From Chthoniobacterales bacterium (lineage in GTDB: Bacteria > Verrucomicrobiota > Verrucomicrobiia > Chthoniobacterales > UBA10450), in contig JACCZO010000180.1 in assembly GCA_013695925.1 (NCBI GenBank), positions 1-34,713 of the forward strand: DNA of 34,713 bases, written 5' to 3'. Shown piece by piece: positions 15,955-25,334 of the stretch. Position 1 is the first letter of the stretch. Every line of letters starts with the position of its first letter. A program made the translations under genes and the position numbers. The notes under the pieces were generated by a model. That model searched no databases. It was given only the letters and a program-made list of their open reading frames with translations, and was not told the DNA's origin.

Positions 15955-18039
15955 TTAGGTTGAATAAAAGACTCCCGCTTCGAGGCCGAAGCGCAGGTAT
16001 TCACGGAGCCGCGCGCGGATGTTGCTCTCGCGTTGCGGCTGAAAAAGATCATGAAAGGCGCCCATCTCCGCCTCGTCGTCTGCCCCGGCGCGGATCTGCT
16101 CCGGGGCACTGCGGCGGAGCTGGCCATAGCCGGGATCGGCGTAGCCTAACGACGTGAAGGAAGGCACGAGCCAGGGCACGACCGCGTCCCGGATCGCATC
16201 CCGTTCCCCCTGGCTGATCGTGCCGCTGCCCGATTGCTTGATCGCCGCCGCCACCTCCTCCGCGATTTCGAGATCGGGCTGGCAGCGATAGCGCCGCGGG
16301 ACGCGGGAAGTCAGTGGGAGCCAGGAAAAACGCACGCAACCGGTCTGGCGCCGCTCCGAGCGCACGGGCGCGGAATCATCCTCCGTCCGCGCGTAAAAGA
16401 TGCTGTTGGACGCAAGCTTGAGCAGCTCGGTGTGTATCGTCCCGATGATCGTGCTGTTCACGACCGAGACGGTACCGCCGGCGTCGTCTCCATTGAGCGC
16501 GGCATAGGCCACGTTGCTGTCGCCGTTCGCATCCACAATGCTATGCCGGATGAGAACCGTCGCGTTGGCCGGGGCGCGAATCGCACCGACGATCGAGTGG
16601 TCGATCTCGATCTCGAGCGGCATCTCATCCTGCTCGATCAGGAGCGAAGGCTCACCGGGCGAGCCGGGCGCGCCGTCGATGCCTAACGAAAAGCCAGGCA
16701 CGAGCGCGCAATGGACAAGGCGCAACTTGCGCAGCCCGTTCCCCGCGCCGCTTACAATCCGGATCGGGCCGCCCGCGATGAGGAGACCGTTCAATGTCAC
16801 CTCGGCATCTTCACCGCCCGTGATGTCGATCGGCCCCGCCACGATCAGCGTCGGACGATGTTCGTTGGCCGCGCGAAATTCAAATCGCACGCCGGGGTCG
16901 AGTGCGATGGAGGGCGTCTCTTCAAATCGCCCGCTGTCACTCAACTCCACCACCCCACCACTCGCGCGTCCGTCGAGCGCGGGCTGGATCGGGCCGGTTG
17001 AGGCCACGACATCGACTGGCCCGAGCGCGGCAGCGAAGGTCGGTCTGCGTTCGTACTCGCCCCCGCCCATCCCGGCGCTGAATCCGTAGTGAAACATGAC
17101 GCGCGGCGCTTCCTCCTGCGCTTCCTGGAAAACAATCCGACCGAGCTCGGGATCGATCGCGACCAGCGTTTTCGGCGGAGTGTGCGCCCAGGTGGTGCCG
17201 GAGGCATCGGTATCCGAGAGATTGCAGACGCTAAGGTCGCTGAGGCCGAAACCCTCGATCTCCATGCTCAGATCTGCGCCGTAATAACTCGCGAGCGAGG
17301 CATTGAGCACGCGCCGGCTGATCGGTTCCGGCACATTGATTGGCTCCGCCAGATGGGTTATCGACTTCTCGGTCTGCGGCCGATTGAAGAGCGGCATGTT
17401 CGCGCCTAACGGATTGAAAAGAAAGCGCTGCTCATCGACCCGTGCGGCGGGCGAACTGCGGAGGCGATAAGCGTTCAGGCGCCAGAGGAAAATCCCGATG
17501 TTCGGGATGTTGTATTTGCCTTCGCTGCGCGCGATGTGCCGGACGTCGATCGTGCGCGCGCTCGTTTCGAAGGCCGTGCCGAGGCGCTCCAGCGGCTCCC
17601 ATTCGCGCATGTCCGGCGCATAGTAGTTCGTTAGGCGAATATGGTTCATCCACTGCGTCCAGCCGAGCAGTTGGAAAAACTCGACCGCGCGCGCGTTCCA
17701 GCCGGTGACATCACGCGCCAGTTGTTCGAGGACCGAGGCGGTCCCTTTGCGGCGCCGATAACCGATCGTGTTCGCCACCTCCGCGCGCGGTGTGAGCTGG
17801 TCGGGCCCGATCGGATGGAGCGAGCGATATCCGATGAGATCGCCGATGTAGGGCAGGACCCAGGGCGCGCAGGTCTCGATGAACTGGTTATCGTAAAGCT
17901 GCTCGAGATCTTCCTCCAGAATGCCGGCCTGCTGGTTGATGAGGGCGAGCAATTGTCGGAGCGGCTCGCCGCGCTCGGCGTCGCGAATGCGATGGACCGC
18001 GGGAAGGAGGTGATAGAGCCGATCGGGATCGTAGCTCAT
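15955..18039 (-). CDS. Phage tail protein, P2 gpI-like baseplate wedge component (Afp12-like)
   Basis: The N-terminus is LYHLLPAVHRIRDAERGEPLRQLLALINQQAGILEEDLEQLYDNQFIETCAPWVLPYIGDLIGY. Its start overlaps the upstream stop (ATGA). Confidence 0.8.
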   Translation of the reverse strand: MSYDPDRLYHLLPAVHRIRDAERGEPLRQLLALINQQAGILEEDLEQLYDNQFIETCAPWVLPYIGDLIGYRSLHPIGPDQLTPRAEVANTIGYRRRKGTASVLEQLARDVTGWNARAVEFFQLLGWTQWMNHIRLTNYYAPDMREWEPLERLGTAFETSARTIDVRHIARSEGKYNIPNIGIFLWRLNAYRLRSSPAARVDEQRFLFNPLGANMPLFNRPQTEKSITHLAEPINVPEPISRRVLNASLASYYGADLSMEIEGFGLSDLSVCNLSDTDASGTTWAHTPPKTLVAIDPELGRIVFQEAQEEAPRVMFHYGFSAGMGGGEYERRPTFAAALGPVDVVASTGPIQPALDGRASGGVVELSDSGRFEETPSIALDPGVRFEFRAANEHRPTLIVAGPIDITGGEDAEVTLNGLLIAGGPIRIVSGAGNGLRKLRLVHCALVPGFSLGIDGAPGSPGEPSLLIEQDEMPLEIEIDHSIVGAIRAPANATVLIRHSIVDANGDSNVAYAALNGDDAGGTVSVVNSTIIGTIHTELLKLASNSIFYARTEDDSAPVRSERRQTGCVRFSWLPLTSRVPRRYRCQPDLEIAEEVAAAIKQSGSGTISQGERDAIRDAVVPWLVPSFTSLGYADPGYGQLRRSAPEQIRAGADDEAEMGAFHDLFQPQRESNIRARLREYLRFGLEAGVFYST

Positions 18040-20495
18040 GGCATCACCTCCAACTCGAACGCCGCCGGATCGAGCGTCAAGAGCTCGGCTGCGCCTAACG
18101 ACGCCGGATCGCCGCCGTTCGGCAGATCTGCCTCGAGCCGGGCCTCCAATTTCGCCGCGCTTCCCGTGCGATAGAGTTTGTCGAGATCGACCGCGACCAC
18201 GCCCGCGATCGATTGCAGGAGCGCGATCACTTCGCTCAGGACGACGGGTTGCCCGAACTGCCGATTGGCGAAGGAGAATTGCTCACGCAACGCATCCAGC
18301 GCCGCGCTTAGCACCCTCTCGGTTTCGTAATCCGGGTCGACCTTGATCTTGCCCGCGACCTTGAAGAGCGCCTCCTTATACGATGCCACCCGGACCGGCA
18401 CGAACGGATCGCCCGCGTCGTGGATGGCCGTGATCAGATCGTCGGCTAACGAAGCGGAAACCGCGTCGCCGAGCGGGCCGGCAACGGTAAGGAAGACACC
18501 TCGCGTTCGCCCATCCCACGTCCAGGTGGCGAGCGTTTTCGCAATTCCGGCATAGCTGCGGCTGAAATCTTCGTAGTCCTGGAGCGAAACCACGCGCTCG
18601 AGAGTGAGGACGGTGAACGGCGCGTTTTCTTGCGCGTTGTCGAATGATTCGGGCTCGTCCGCGCCTTCCGCCGCGATCGGATTAATGGCCGATTTCAAAC
18701 CGGGCGGCCGGGTCAGGAGCGTGCTGAGCTGTCCCGCCCTAACGAGTCCCTCAAGGCCGATCCCGCGCCGGTAAGTGGCCTTCACATTTTGCGCACCGGA
18801 AGGGAGCCGGGCCCCGCGTTCACCATCGCCGAAACGCACCGTCACTTTGCCGTCGTCCGCCAGCTCGGTTGTGAAAATGCGCTCCCGTGGTCCGCGCTCG
18901 AAGAGAGTTGGCACTTCGTGCCAAAGCAGATCGTTTACCCGGACTTGCAGGGTCGAAGCAGCGCCACCCGGGTCGGTCGAGCGTGTGTAGGTCAGAGCCG
19001 GCGCCTGCTTCAACTTGAAGGTCTGGTTCGCCTGCGCGCCATCGCCGCTTCCGAGGACTTCGGAAACGGTCTCGCCATGGGTGGCCGGCGCGACGTTTCC
19101 GTAGATGATGAGATTGTCGCGCCGATAAATCTTCGGACTCGAGGGAACGAGCGCCGCGAAAGTGACTTTCGTTAGGCCGGCAGCGACTTCGACCTTTGTG
19201 ATTTCCACCAGCTCGCTTAGCGGGGAACCGGTGATGCCATTCACGCCGGAGAAAAGGAGCAGTCGACCCTCGGTCAGGCCATCGACTTTGCTGTTCAAAG
19301 TCACACTGTTGCCGCTCACCAGGGTGGTCACGGGCACGTCCGCGAGGGTGAGCTGCTCGCTCTGGAGATAGGCGGTGGTGGACCGGAGCGGCAACAAGGC
19401 GAGATCCCGGTCGGGCGTGATGCGGGTGATCTTGGCGCTAAGCGCGAACTCCGCCCGCGAGACGCTGGTCACGCTCACGGCTTTGTGCAGCTGGACGTAG
19501 AGCGGTTTCGTCAGCACGACCCAACTGTCGACGGTAACTTTCGGATAAACCGCATCGAGGTCGATCTCGTTGTTTTGCACCCTGAAATCCGGCCAATTGG
19601 TAAAGTTGTGATCCGTGTCGCCGTAGGCTTCGCGCACGCTGAACGGCATGGTCAGCCAGGCTGGAGCGTTGTTGCCGAAAAAGGCCGCGCGCTGCCGGAG
19701 AGCAAAAACTTTCACGCTCGCCGCGTTTAACGGTGTCGGGAGTTTGCTTAACGCGTCCTTCCACGTCACAACGGTGTAATTTTTTTCCGGGTAAGCGGCG
19801 ACGCTTTGGAGGATCCGAAATTCCCAAACTGTGCTGTTCTTATCGCTCTCGCGGGCGCTGCTGACGAAGACGAGCGCATCGCCCGGCTGCAATTTGGTCT
19901 CGACGCCCTTGAGGTAAACCTGCTTCGCACCGTTGCCGAGCAGCGGGGGCGCGGTCAACTGTGGCTTGAGCGCATTCCACTCCACGCGGGCGGCGATTTC
20001 CTCGATCGTCTCAAAAGTCTGCGGCGTCTCGTCCGCGTCCGGAACGCTTTGCACTTTCGTGCCGATCTTGACGGTGACCCCGGTCGGCGCACCGGGCGTT
20101 TCGTCGAGGAGAAAGGCCAGCGGCGTCTCGGCGGCGACCCCGGCTTTGAGACGATAACCAATGAGCTGGGCGAGACGCAGGACAGAGTCGCGCTCGGTCG
20201 CGGTCCTCAGCCAGAGTTCGTTCGCGATCCGTTCCTGATAAAAGGTGAGGACGTCGGCCAGGGTGGCCCAGCCGTCGAGGAGCGCGATGGTGAGATCGTC
20301 TGAATCGCGCGTCGTTAGGCTGCGGAGGGCGCTGAAACTGGGATCGGACAAGGCGGCGAGCGCGCTGGCCAGAAAATCCCCGTGCGTCCCGACGCGATAA
20401 CTGACCTGTGACAGGCCCGGGCGATTGCGCAGCAGCTCGGGCACGAGCGCGGTGATTCCCTCGCAGCAGCCGCAGTCGGTGAGTTTGGTTGCCAT
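18036..20495 (-). CDS. Putative baseplate assembly protein (large J-like/gp6-like wedge protein)
   Basis: It has the N-terminal CGCCEG motif, LDGWATLADVLTFYQERIANE, and a C-terminal VSLQDYEDFSRSYAGIAK...W..GR..V.LTVAG J-like motif. Confidence 0.8.
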   Translation of the reverse strand: MATKLTDCGCCEGITALVPELLRNRPGLSQVSYRVGTHGDFLASALAALSDPSFSALRSLTTRDSDDLTIALLDGWATLADVLTFYQERIANELWLRTATERDSVLRLAQLIGYRLKAGVAAETPLAFLLDETPGAPTGVTVKIGTKVQSVPDADETPQTFETIEEIAARVEWNALKPQLTAPPLLGNGAKQVYLKGVETKLQPGDALVFVSSARESDKNSTVWEFRILQSVAAYPEKNYTVVTWKDALSKLPTPLNAASVKVFALRQRAAFFGNNAPAWLTMPFSVREAYGDTDHNFTNWPDFRVQNNEIDLDAVYPKVTVDSWVVLTKPLYVQLHKAVSVTSVSRAEFALSAKITRITPDRDLALLPLRSTTAYLQSEQLTLADVPVTTLVSGNSVTLNSKVDGLTEGRLLLFSGVNGITGSPLSELVEITKVEVAAGLTKVTFAALVPSSPKIYRRDNLIIYGNVAPATHGETVSEVLGSGDGAQANQTFKLKQAPALTYTRSTDPGGAASTLQVRVNDLLWHEVPTLFERGPRERIFTTELADDGKVTVRFGDGERGARLPSGAQNVKATYRRGIGLEGLVRAGQLSTLLTRPPGLKSAINPIAAEGADEPESFDNAQENAPFTVLTLERVVSLQDYEDFSRSYAGIAKTLATWTWDGRTRGVFLTVAGPLGDAVSASLADDLITAIHDAGDPFVPVRVASYKEALFKVAGKIKVDPDYETERVLSAALDALREQFSFANRQFGQPVVLSEVIALLQSIAGVVAVDLDKLYRTGSAAKLEARLEADLPNGGDPASLGAAELLTLDPAAFELEVMP

Positions 20496-23011
20496 CAGCG
20501 GCCCCCTCCGAGTTTAAGGGTAAAAAAACCGCGCTCGGCAAAGTTCGGATCGTTCTCGAGGCGCGCGATCTCGAGCCGGTTCAGGGTGAGAAATCCGTTC
20601 GTTAGGCCGCTGCTCCCCGCCAGACCCTGACGCTCGAAGACTGTGATCTCGACCGAAGCGACGCCCGCCACCGCCTGGGCCGCGGCGTAGAGCGGGCTCA
20701 GGTAAACGGTCTGGCCGAAAGTGAAGAAGTCGGGCTGGAAAAGGCCCTTCCTCCCGTCGGCCAGGGTACGGCTGGAGAAAACGTCGAGCAGCGCGGCTTC
20801 GACATCGCTTCGAAAATAGTCCGGCTTCACGCAGACAAACATCTCGATCTCGAGCGGGACGTATTCCGGGGTGTCGATCTCCAGGTCGTGCCCGGCCATG
20901 CGATAGGGCTCGATCCCGGCTCGCAATTGGGCTTCGAATTCAGGCGTCAGGGGAAGCGCGTCGAAGCGATCGACCGTGATGAAGACGGTGTGCCAGCTTC
21001 CAGTCCAACGAAAAGTCGCAGCCGCGCGTTGCACCGAAGTATTGTGCTCGGCGGCCCGCGCGTAATCGGCTTCCGTCACCGCGCGTTTTTGCGTGCGAAA
21101 GGCCTGCGGCGCGTCGCGGCGGATTTGGTCAATCGTCTCGGGGTCGATCCCGCCGACCGCCGGCAGCGGATTGCGCACGCCGATGATTGCGGGATTGGCG
21201 CTGACAATGTGCGCCAGTGTTTCCGCGCCGACGTTTCCCGCAGTCCCGTTGCCCGTGCGATAAGTTGCGGTGAATGCCATTCCGAGCTTGGTCTTTGTCC
21301 CCGGCTCTGGCTCCTGGCCATATTCATCATCGCCGAAACGAATGCAGGCCGTGCCATCACTCTCTGTTTCGACGACGAACTCAGCCGCATCCGGCGCGCT
21401 GCCTAACAAATCGCGCTGCGGGTGCCAGGTCGCGCTGTCGAGCCCCAGCGTGCTCGTGAGGGAAATCGCCGGGAGGGCGCCTTCCGCACCGATCACCAGG
21501 CAGGCGGAGGCCGGGAGCGTCGCATCATACTCCGACGACTGGGTCAAAGGTCGCGCTTGCAAGGAGGGACGAAAGCGCGGCCGGGCGAACTGCGGCGGCG
21601 GACGATTGCAGCGGTCCGCGTCGGCCTCGGGCGGAAGCAGGATTTGCGGCGCCGGCACCGCGCCTAACGATTCTCCGGCCACGGTCAGGCCGTGATCGGC
21701 GAGGACGATATTGCCGTGGGCCATGCTCAGGTCGTCGCGAAATTGCCCGCCGTGCTCTTCGTCGGTGAAATCGGAGAGGCAGAACGGAAACGGCAGCGCG
21801 TCTTCCGTCTTCCATTCGATGTTGGTAATCTGCGTGCCGGTCAGCGGATCGGTCAGCGGCTCACTTGCTGCATTGAAGGTCTGCACATTCGTTAGGCGCA
21901 CGGCCCAGCGCCGGGTGCGATCGGCATCCTCTTCTTCCCCGGTCAGCGGGCCCCGCTGTTCCTCGAAAATCAGGACGGCGTCATCCGGCAAATCAGGAAA
22001 ATGGCCGGCCAGCGTCGCCTGCGTCGCCCCTTTGGGCAGACAACATTCGCGATCGCTCCAGGTATAAAACGGCATCGCGTTGTGCGCCGCGAAGAGTGTG
22101 ATTTCGTGCACGGTTTCAAAGACGAGCGGATGCAGGCGGAGCGCTTCCTCGAGCACGGCGGAGGCCGGCGGAATCCGGGTATCTGTGCGTACGAGCCGGC
22201 TGAAAATCCCGGTTTTGGCCGGCACGACGACGAGGTCCGCGGCCGAAGTCAGCTGCACCCAGACGCGGGCGTTAGTGCCGTTGTCGACGAAGTAATCGAC
22301 CAACCGCGCGTGGCGCTGGAGCGAGACCCGCTTGCGCGCCGAATTGAGATAAGCCTCGGTCGCGACCGCATCCTGCCGGTAGCTGAAATGATCGCCGAGG
22401 TAGGCGAGCAGCTCGACTAGCGTGATCCCGAGATCGGCCGGGTTGCGCTCGCGCCACTCCGGCACGAGGAGCGCCATCCGGTCGAGAATCAGTTTGCGGA
22501 AACTGGCGTAATCCTTCGCCAGGTAATTGATTTCCGGCTCGGCCCGCGGCGCGGGCGGGCAGAGATGTCGCGGCGCGCAATCGAAATCCGAGGGGCACTC
22601 GACCTTGAAGGAAAAATCGATCGCGGCGAGACGTGGATCGATCCCGTTAGGCGCATTCGCATCGTGCGGTCCGCGCACAAGCGCGAGAGTGTAAATCGAG
22701 AAATCTCCCGGCTCTTTCATCTCCACCGTCAGGACATCGCTGTCATCCCCCGTGCCGATGGTCACGCCCAGAATCACGATCGGCCGGATGCGTTCGCCAC
22801 CGCGGATGCTGAGGTTGGTCGCAGCGAGGGAGTTGGCCGCGATGTCGTTGACGAAATGCACGCGCAAAAACCGCTGCCGATTCGACTTGGGCAAGGGCGC
22901 GTCCTGGTCGACGACCTCGAGATAATCGATCCCATTGAGCGCGCTCCCGCGCACGGCGTCGCGCCGGCGTTCGTCGCAACAGAAATACAACGGCATGGTC
23001 GCTTCGCTCAT
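20495..23011 (-). CDS. Baseplate J/gp47-family protein (Afp11-like)
   Basis: It has the N-terminus LYFCCDERRRDAV...GIDYLEV and the C-terminal motif VTEADYARAAEHNTSVQRAAATFRWTGSWHTVFITVD. It overlaps the gp25 gene with ATGA. Confidence 0.8.
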   Translation of the reverse strand: MSEATMPLYFCCDERRRDAVRGSALNGIDYLEVVDQDAPLPKSNRQRFLRVHFVNDIAANSLAATNLSIRGGERIRPIVILGVTIGTGDDSDVLTVEMKEPGDFSIYTLALVRGPHDANAPNGIDPRLAAIDFSFKVECPSDFDCAPRHLCPPAPRAEPEINYLAKDYASFRKLILDRMALLVPEWRERNPADLGITLVELLAYLGDHFSYRQDAVATEAYLNSARKRVSLQRHARLVDYFVDNGTNARVWVQLTSAADLVVVPAKTGIFSRLVRTDTRIPPASAVLEEALRLHPLVFETVHEITLFAAHNAMPFYTWSDRECCLPKGATQATLAGHFPDLPDDAVLIFEEQRGPLTGEEEDADRTRRWAVRLTNVQTFNAASEPLTDPLTGTQITNIEWKTEDALPFPFCLSDFTDEEHGGQFRDDLSMAHGNIVLADHGLTVAGESLGAVPAPQILLPPEADADRCNRPPPQFARPRFRPSLQARPLTQSSEYDATLPASACLVIGAEGALPAISLTSTLGLDSATWHPQRDLLGSAPDAAEFVVETESDGTACIRFGDDEYGQEPEPGTKTKLGMAFTATYRTGNGTAGNVGAETLAHIVSANPAIIGVRNPLPAVGGIDPETIDQIRRDAPQAFRTQKRAVTEADYARAAEHNTSVQRAAATFRWTGSWHTVFITVDRFDALPLTPEFEAQLRAGIEPYRMAGHDLEIDTPEYVPLEIEMFVCVKPDYFRSDVEAALLDVFSSRTLADGRKGLFQPDFFTFGQTVYLSPLYAAAQAVAGVASVEITVFERQGLAGSSGLTNGFLTLNRLEIARLENDPNFAERGFFTLKLGGGR

Positions 23012-23373
23012 GCGGTCGCGACTCCTTTCGTGAACTCGGCGGTTTGCCGCGTCTGTGTTCGCCTAACGAGATAACGAACTGAAACGCGAAGGGTGGAATC
23101 CTCGCTCAGCACGTCGACCGCATCGACTTGGATGAGATCGCCCAGATACTGCTGCAGCGATCCCTGGACCAGATACTGGGTGGTCGCGGCGAGCTGGTCG
23201 CTGTTGGGCGCGAAGACGAGCTGGAGCAATCCGCTCCCGAAGTCCGGGCGGTTGACCCGTTCCCCCGGCGCGGTGAAGAGCACCTGCTCGATCAGGTCAC
23301 GAATATGCGCGTCGTAATCGACCGCGGCGGTGCGGCCGCGTGCGTCGAAGTGATACGGGAAAGCGATGTTCAC
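23008..23373 (-). CDS. GPW/gp25-family baseplate wedge protein (Afp9-like)
   Basis: The 121-aa product contains IRDLIEQVLFTAPGERVNRPDFGSGL, the classic gp25 core. The start is GTG. Confidence 0.9.
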   Translation of the reverse strand: MNIAFPYHFDARGRTAAVDYDAHIRDLIEQVLFTAPGERVNRPDFGSGLLQLVFAPNSDQLAATTQYLVQGSLQQYLGDLIQVDAVDVLSEDSTLRVSVRYLVRRTQTRQTAEFTKGVATA

Positions 23374-23937
23374 AGAAGATAACGAAGTTAACGAAGAGGA
23401 TTAGAAAGCGAGGCTGCGAGGTTCGGTGGACTCGCCAGAAGGTCAATTTCGTCCTGGTTGGCGGCGGGCAGAACCAACCTCGAGATGCCATTTTTAAGTG
23501 TCTGCTCGTGAAAGTTGAAGAGGAGGCCGATCGGAACGTCGAGCAACTTCATGTAGCTCAGGAGCTGCGCCTTGTGCACGCCGACGATGGTTTCCACAAC
23601 TTTCAGTTCGATGAGCAGGCAATTCTCGATCAGCAGGTCGAAGCGCAGCGGTTCGTCAAAAACGAATTGCTTGTATTCGATGCGCACGAGTTTTTGCTGG
23701 ACCGCGTTGATCCCGCGTAGCTGCAACTCACGCCCGAGACATTTTTCGTAGATCGACTCGATCAGGCCCGGCCCCATCTGCCGATGCACTTCAATCGCCG
23801 CGCCGATGACTTCTTTGCTGAGCTTGTCTGCCTGATGAAATAAAGGGTGCATGGTCAGGGGATAAAACAGAAGGCCAGGAAAGAAACGCAGGGGTGGTTC
23901 CCGGGAAGAACCCTTTGTGACCTTCGTTTCCTTCTGT
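23372..23937 (-). mobile_element. Putative GxxExxY gene cassette 1, bounded by 16-bp inverted repeats
   Basis: ACAGAAGATAACGAAG (23372-23387) compares with the reverse complement of CTTCGTTTCCTTCTGT (23922-23937), ACAGAAGGAAACGAAG, with 14/16 matching. The cassette fills the gp25-PAAR intergenic gap almost exactly. Confidence 0.35.
23388..23852 (-). CDS. GxxExxY-family protein (PD-(D/E)XK nuclease-like fold)
   Basis: The motif GLIESIY (GxxExxY) is followed by a D...ELK-type core (RFDLLIENCLLIELKVV) and LLFNF. The C-terminal tail is read-through of flanking repeat sequence. Confidence 0.85.
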   Translation of the reverse strand: MHPLFHQADKLSKEVIGAAIEVHRQMGPGLIESIYEKCLGRELQLRGINAVQQKLVRIEYKQFVFDEPLRFDLLIENCLLIELKVVETIVGVHKAQLLSYMKLLDVPIGLLFNFHEQTLKNGISRLVLPAANQDEIDLLASPPNLAASLSNPLR

Positions 23938-23949
23938 AAAAATGCTTTC

Positions 23950-24267
23950 TCATGTCGCCATGACGCGCGGTTGAGTAGTGAGGACGAGCAGGCCCTGCCC
24001 GGTCGGCACGCAGACCGCCTGGCTGGTCTGAACGATCACCGGCACGCCGCCGGCGAGGACGCGCGTTGCACCAACGACCCACTGCGCGCTTACGCAAGGT
24101 GGCGTGGACGTGCTCGCCAAGGCGCATCCCGCGACAACGTAGGGAGTGGCCAGAGTGACAACCGGCTGGCCGCTCACCAGGACACGCGGAAACGGCGCAG
24201 TCGGCTGGGCCGGGCCCGCGTGCATGCAGGTGACGACCGCGCCAAGGTGAACAATGGGTCCGGGCAT
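23950..24267 (-). CDS. PAAR-like (DUF4280-type) spike-tip protein (Afp10-like)
   Basis: The 105-aa product starts at the ATG at 24267 (MPGPIVHLGAVVTCMHAG). Its Cys pattern and VLVSGQPVVT / VLAGGVPVIV strands resemble PAAR-like cones. It sits in the position expected between the spike and gp25. Confidence 0.68.
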   Translation of the reverse strand: MPGPIVHLGAVVTCMHAGPAQPTAPFPRVLVSGQPVVTLATPYVVAGCALASTSTPPCVSAQWVVGATRVLAGGVPVIVQTSQAVCVPTGQGLLVLTTQPRVMAT

Positions 24268-24271
24268 AAGA

Positions 24272-24703
24272 TCAGAGGAATATTTCGTCCGCAGATTTCG
24301 CAGATTTTCGCAGATTGGAAGAGGCGGTCGGATCGAAAGCCAACCGCTCATACTGCAGGCTGGTTGCTCCAAAATTGACGAGGAGACCGCGTCTCAGCCC
24401 GGTCGCTGTCAGTGCGTTGATGACCTGTGCCCGATCGGCGCCGGAGAGCTGGGAGATCGCTTTTGTTTCCACCAGGACTGCCTCGAAGCAGATGAAGTCG
24501 GCGCGATAACTGCAGGTTAGGAGCTTGCCCTTATAGCGAATCGGTAAAGGCACTTCGGCTTGAAATGCGATCCCGCGCTCAGCGAACTCCAACGCCATCG
24601 CGGTCTGATAGACGATCTCCAGGAAGCCATGTCCTAGTTCGCGATGAACGGCCATCGCCGCACCGAGAATCGCGTAGGTTTCGGGATCTCTGACTTCTTT
24701 CAT
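24272..24703 (-). CDS. GxxExxY-family protein (PD-(D/E)XK nuclease-like fold), second paralog
   Basis: It contains GFLEIVY (GxxExxY), YRADFICFEAVLVETKA and LLVNFG. The last ~15 aa (SNLRKSAKSADEIFL) translate the CGCAGATT repeat. Confidence 0.85.
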   Translation of the reverse strand: MKEVRDPETYAILGAAMAVHRELGHGFLEIVYQTAMALEFAERGIAFQAEVPLPIRYKGKLLTCSYRADFICFEAVLVETKAISQLSGADRAQVINALTATGLRRGLLVNFGATSLQYERLAFDPTASSNLRKSAKSADEIFL

Positions 24704-24803
24704 CTTGGAATTTCATCCGCGGATTTCGCAGATTCTCGTAGATGGGATGGCCGGCCCTCTCTCTCCATCCGGAAAAATCTGCGTAAATCTGCGTAATCTG
24801 CGG
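24289..24803 (-). mobile_element. Putative GxxExxY gene cassette 2, bounded by ~27-bp inverted CGCAGATT-repeat arms
   Basis: CCGCAGATTTCGCAGATTTTCGCAGATT (24289-24316) compares with the reverse complement of ATCTGCGTAAATCTGCGTAATCTGCGG (24777-24803). An extra forward arm lies at 24717-24743. Confidence 0.35.
24717..24803. repeat. Palindromic CGCAGATT-repeat element (copy B)
   Basis: The left arm CCGCGGATTTCGCAGATTCTCGTAGAT and right arm ATCTGCGTAAATCTGCGTAATCTGCGG flank a spacer that contains its own GGATGG...CCATCC hairpin. Confidence 0.7.
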
Positions 24804-24807
24804 ACAC

Positions 24808-25320
24808 TTAAATAATCGTTAGGGCGCTGGCGTTGATGTCAGTGGAAGGACCGACCATGTTGATGATCGCGCCCTTGCCGTTGGAAATGATGATGCCGGT
24901 GTCGCTGACCGAGACCATCGCGCCGGTCGTAGTCTTGATCAGAATGCCACCGGTCGGACCCGGCACGTCGCTGATCGTCAGGCTATTTTGCAACGGTGTT
25001 TGAAAAGTGATTCCGGGAACGCCGGGCGGGACGATCAAAGCCGCGGCTGGCACTTCCGCGGCGCTGCCGTAGAAACAGCCAGTCCAGATCGGGTAATCGG
25101 GATCGCCATGCTCGTATTCGATCCAGACGGCGGACCCAACAATCGGCACCGTGAACATACCATTCTGGATCCCGGCGATCGGGAAACATGGCATGCACCA
25201 GCTCGACGGAAGCAGGCCGGTCACATCGGGCACGATCGCCATGATCCGCCCCATCATCATGGGATCGATGTTGTTCAGGACCGTGCCGCGATATTTGCCG
25301 AAGAATTTTTTATCACTCAT
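24808..25320 (-). CDS. Phage baseplate assembly protein V / gp5-like spike (VgrG OB-fold; Afp8 C-terminal part equivalent)
   Basis: It contains FFGKYRGTVLNNIDPMMMGRI...GSAVWIEYEHGDPDYPIWTG. I chose the ATG at 25320 because the GTG at 25389 would translate the REP-like palindrome. Confidence 0.85.
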   Translation of the reverse strand: MSDKKFFGKYRGTVLNNIDPMMMGRIMAIVPDVTGLLPSSWCMPCFPIAGIQNGMFTVPIVGSAVWIEYEHGDPDYPIWTGCFYGSAAEVPAAALIVPPGVPGITFQTPLQNSLTISDVPGPTGGILIKTTTGAMVSVSDTGIIISNGKGAIINMVGPSTDINASALTII

Positions 25321-25334
25321 AACGGTGCGTGGGC

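Noticed and set aside
24289-24316. Tandem CGCAGATT(T) units considered as a CRISPR array or a VNTR
   Set aside because: The units are only 9-10 bp with no spacers, only three per arm and always paired with an inverted arm. No cas genes are present, so this is not a CRISPR array.
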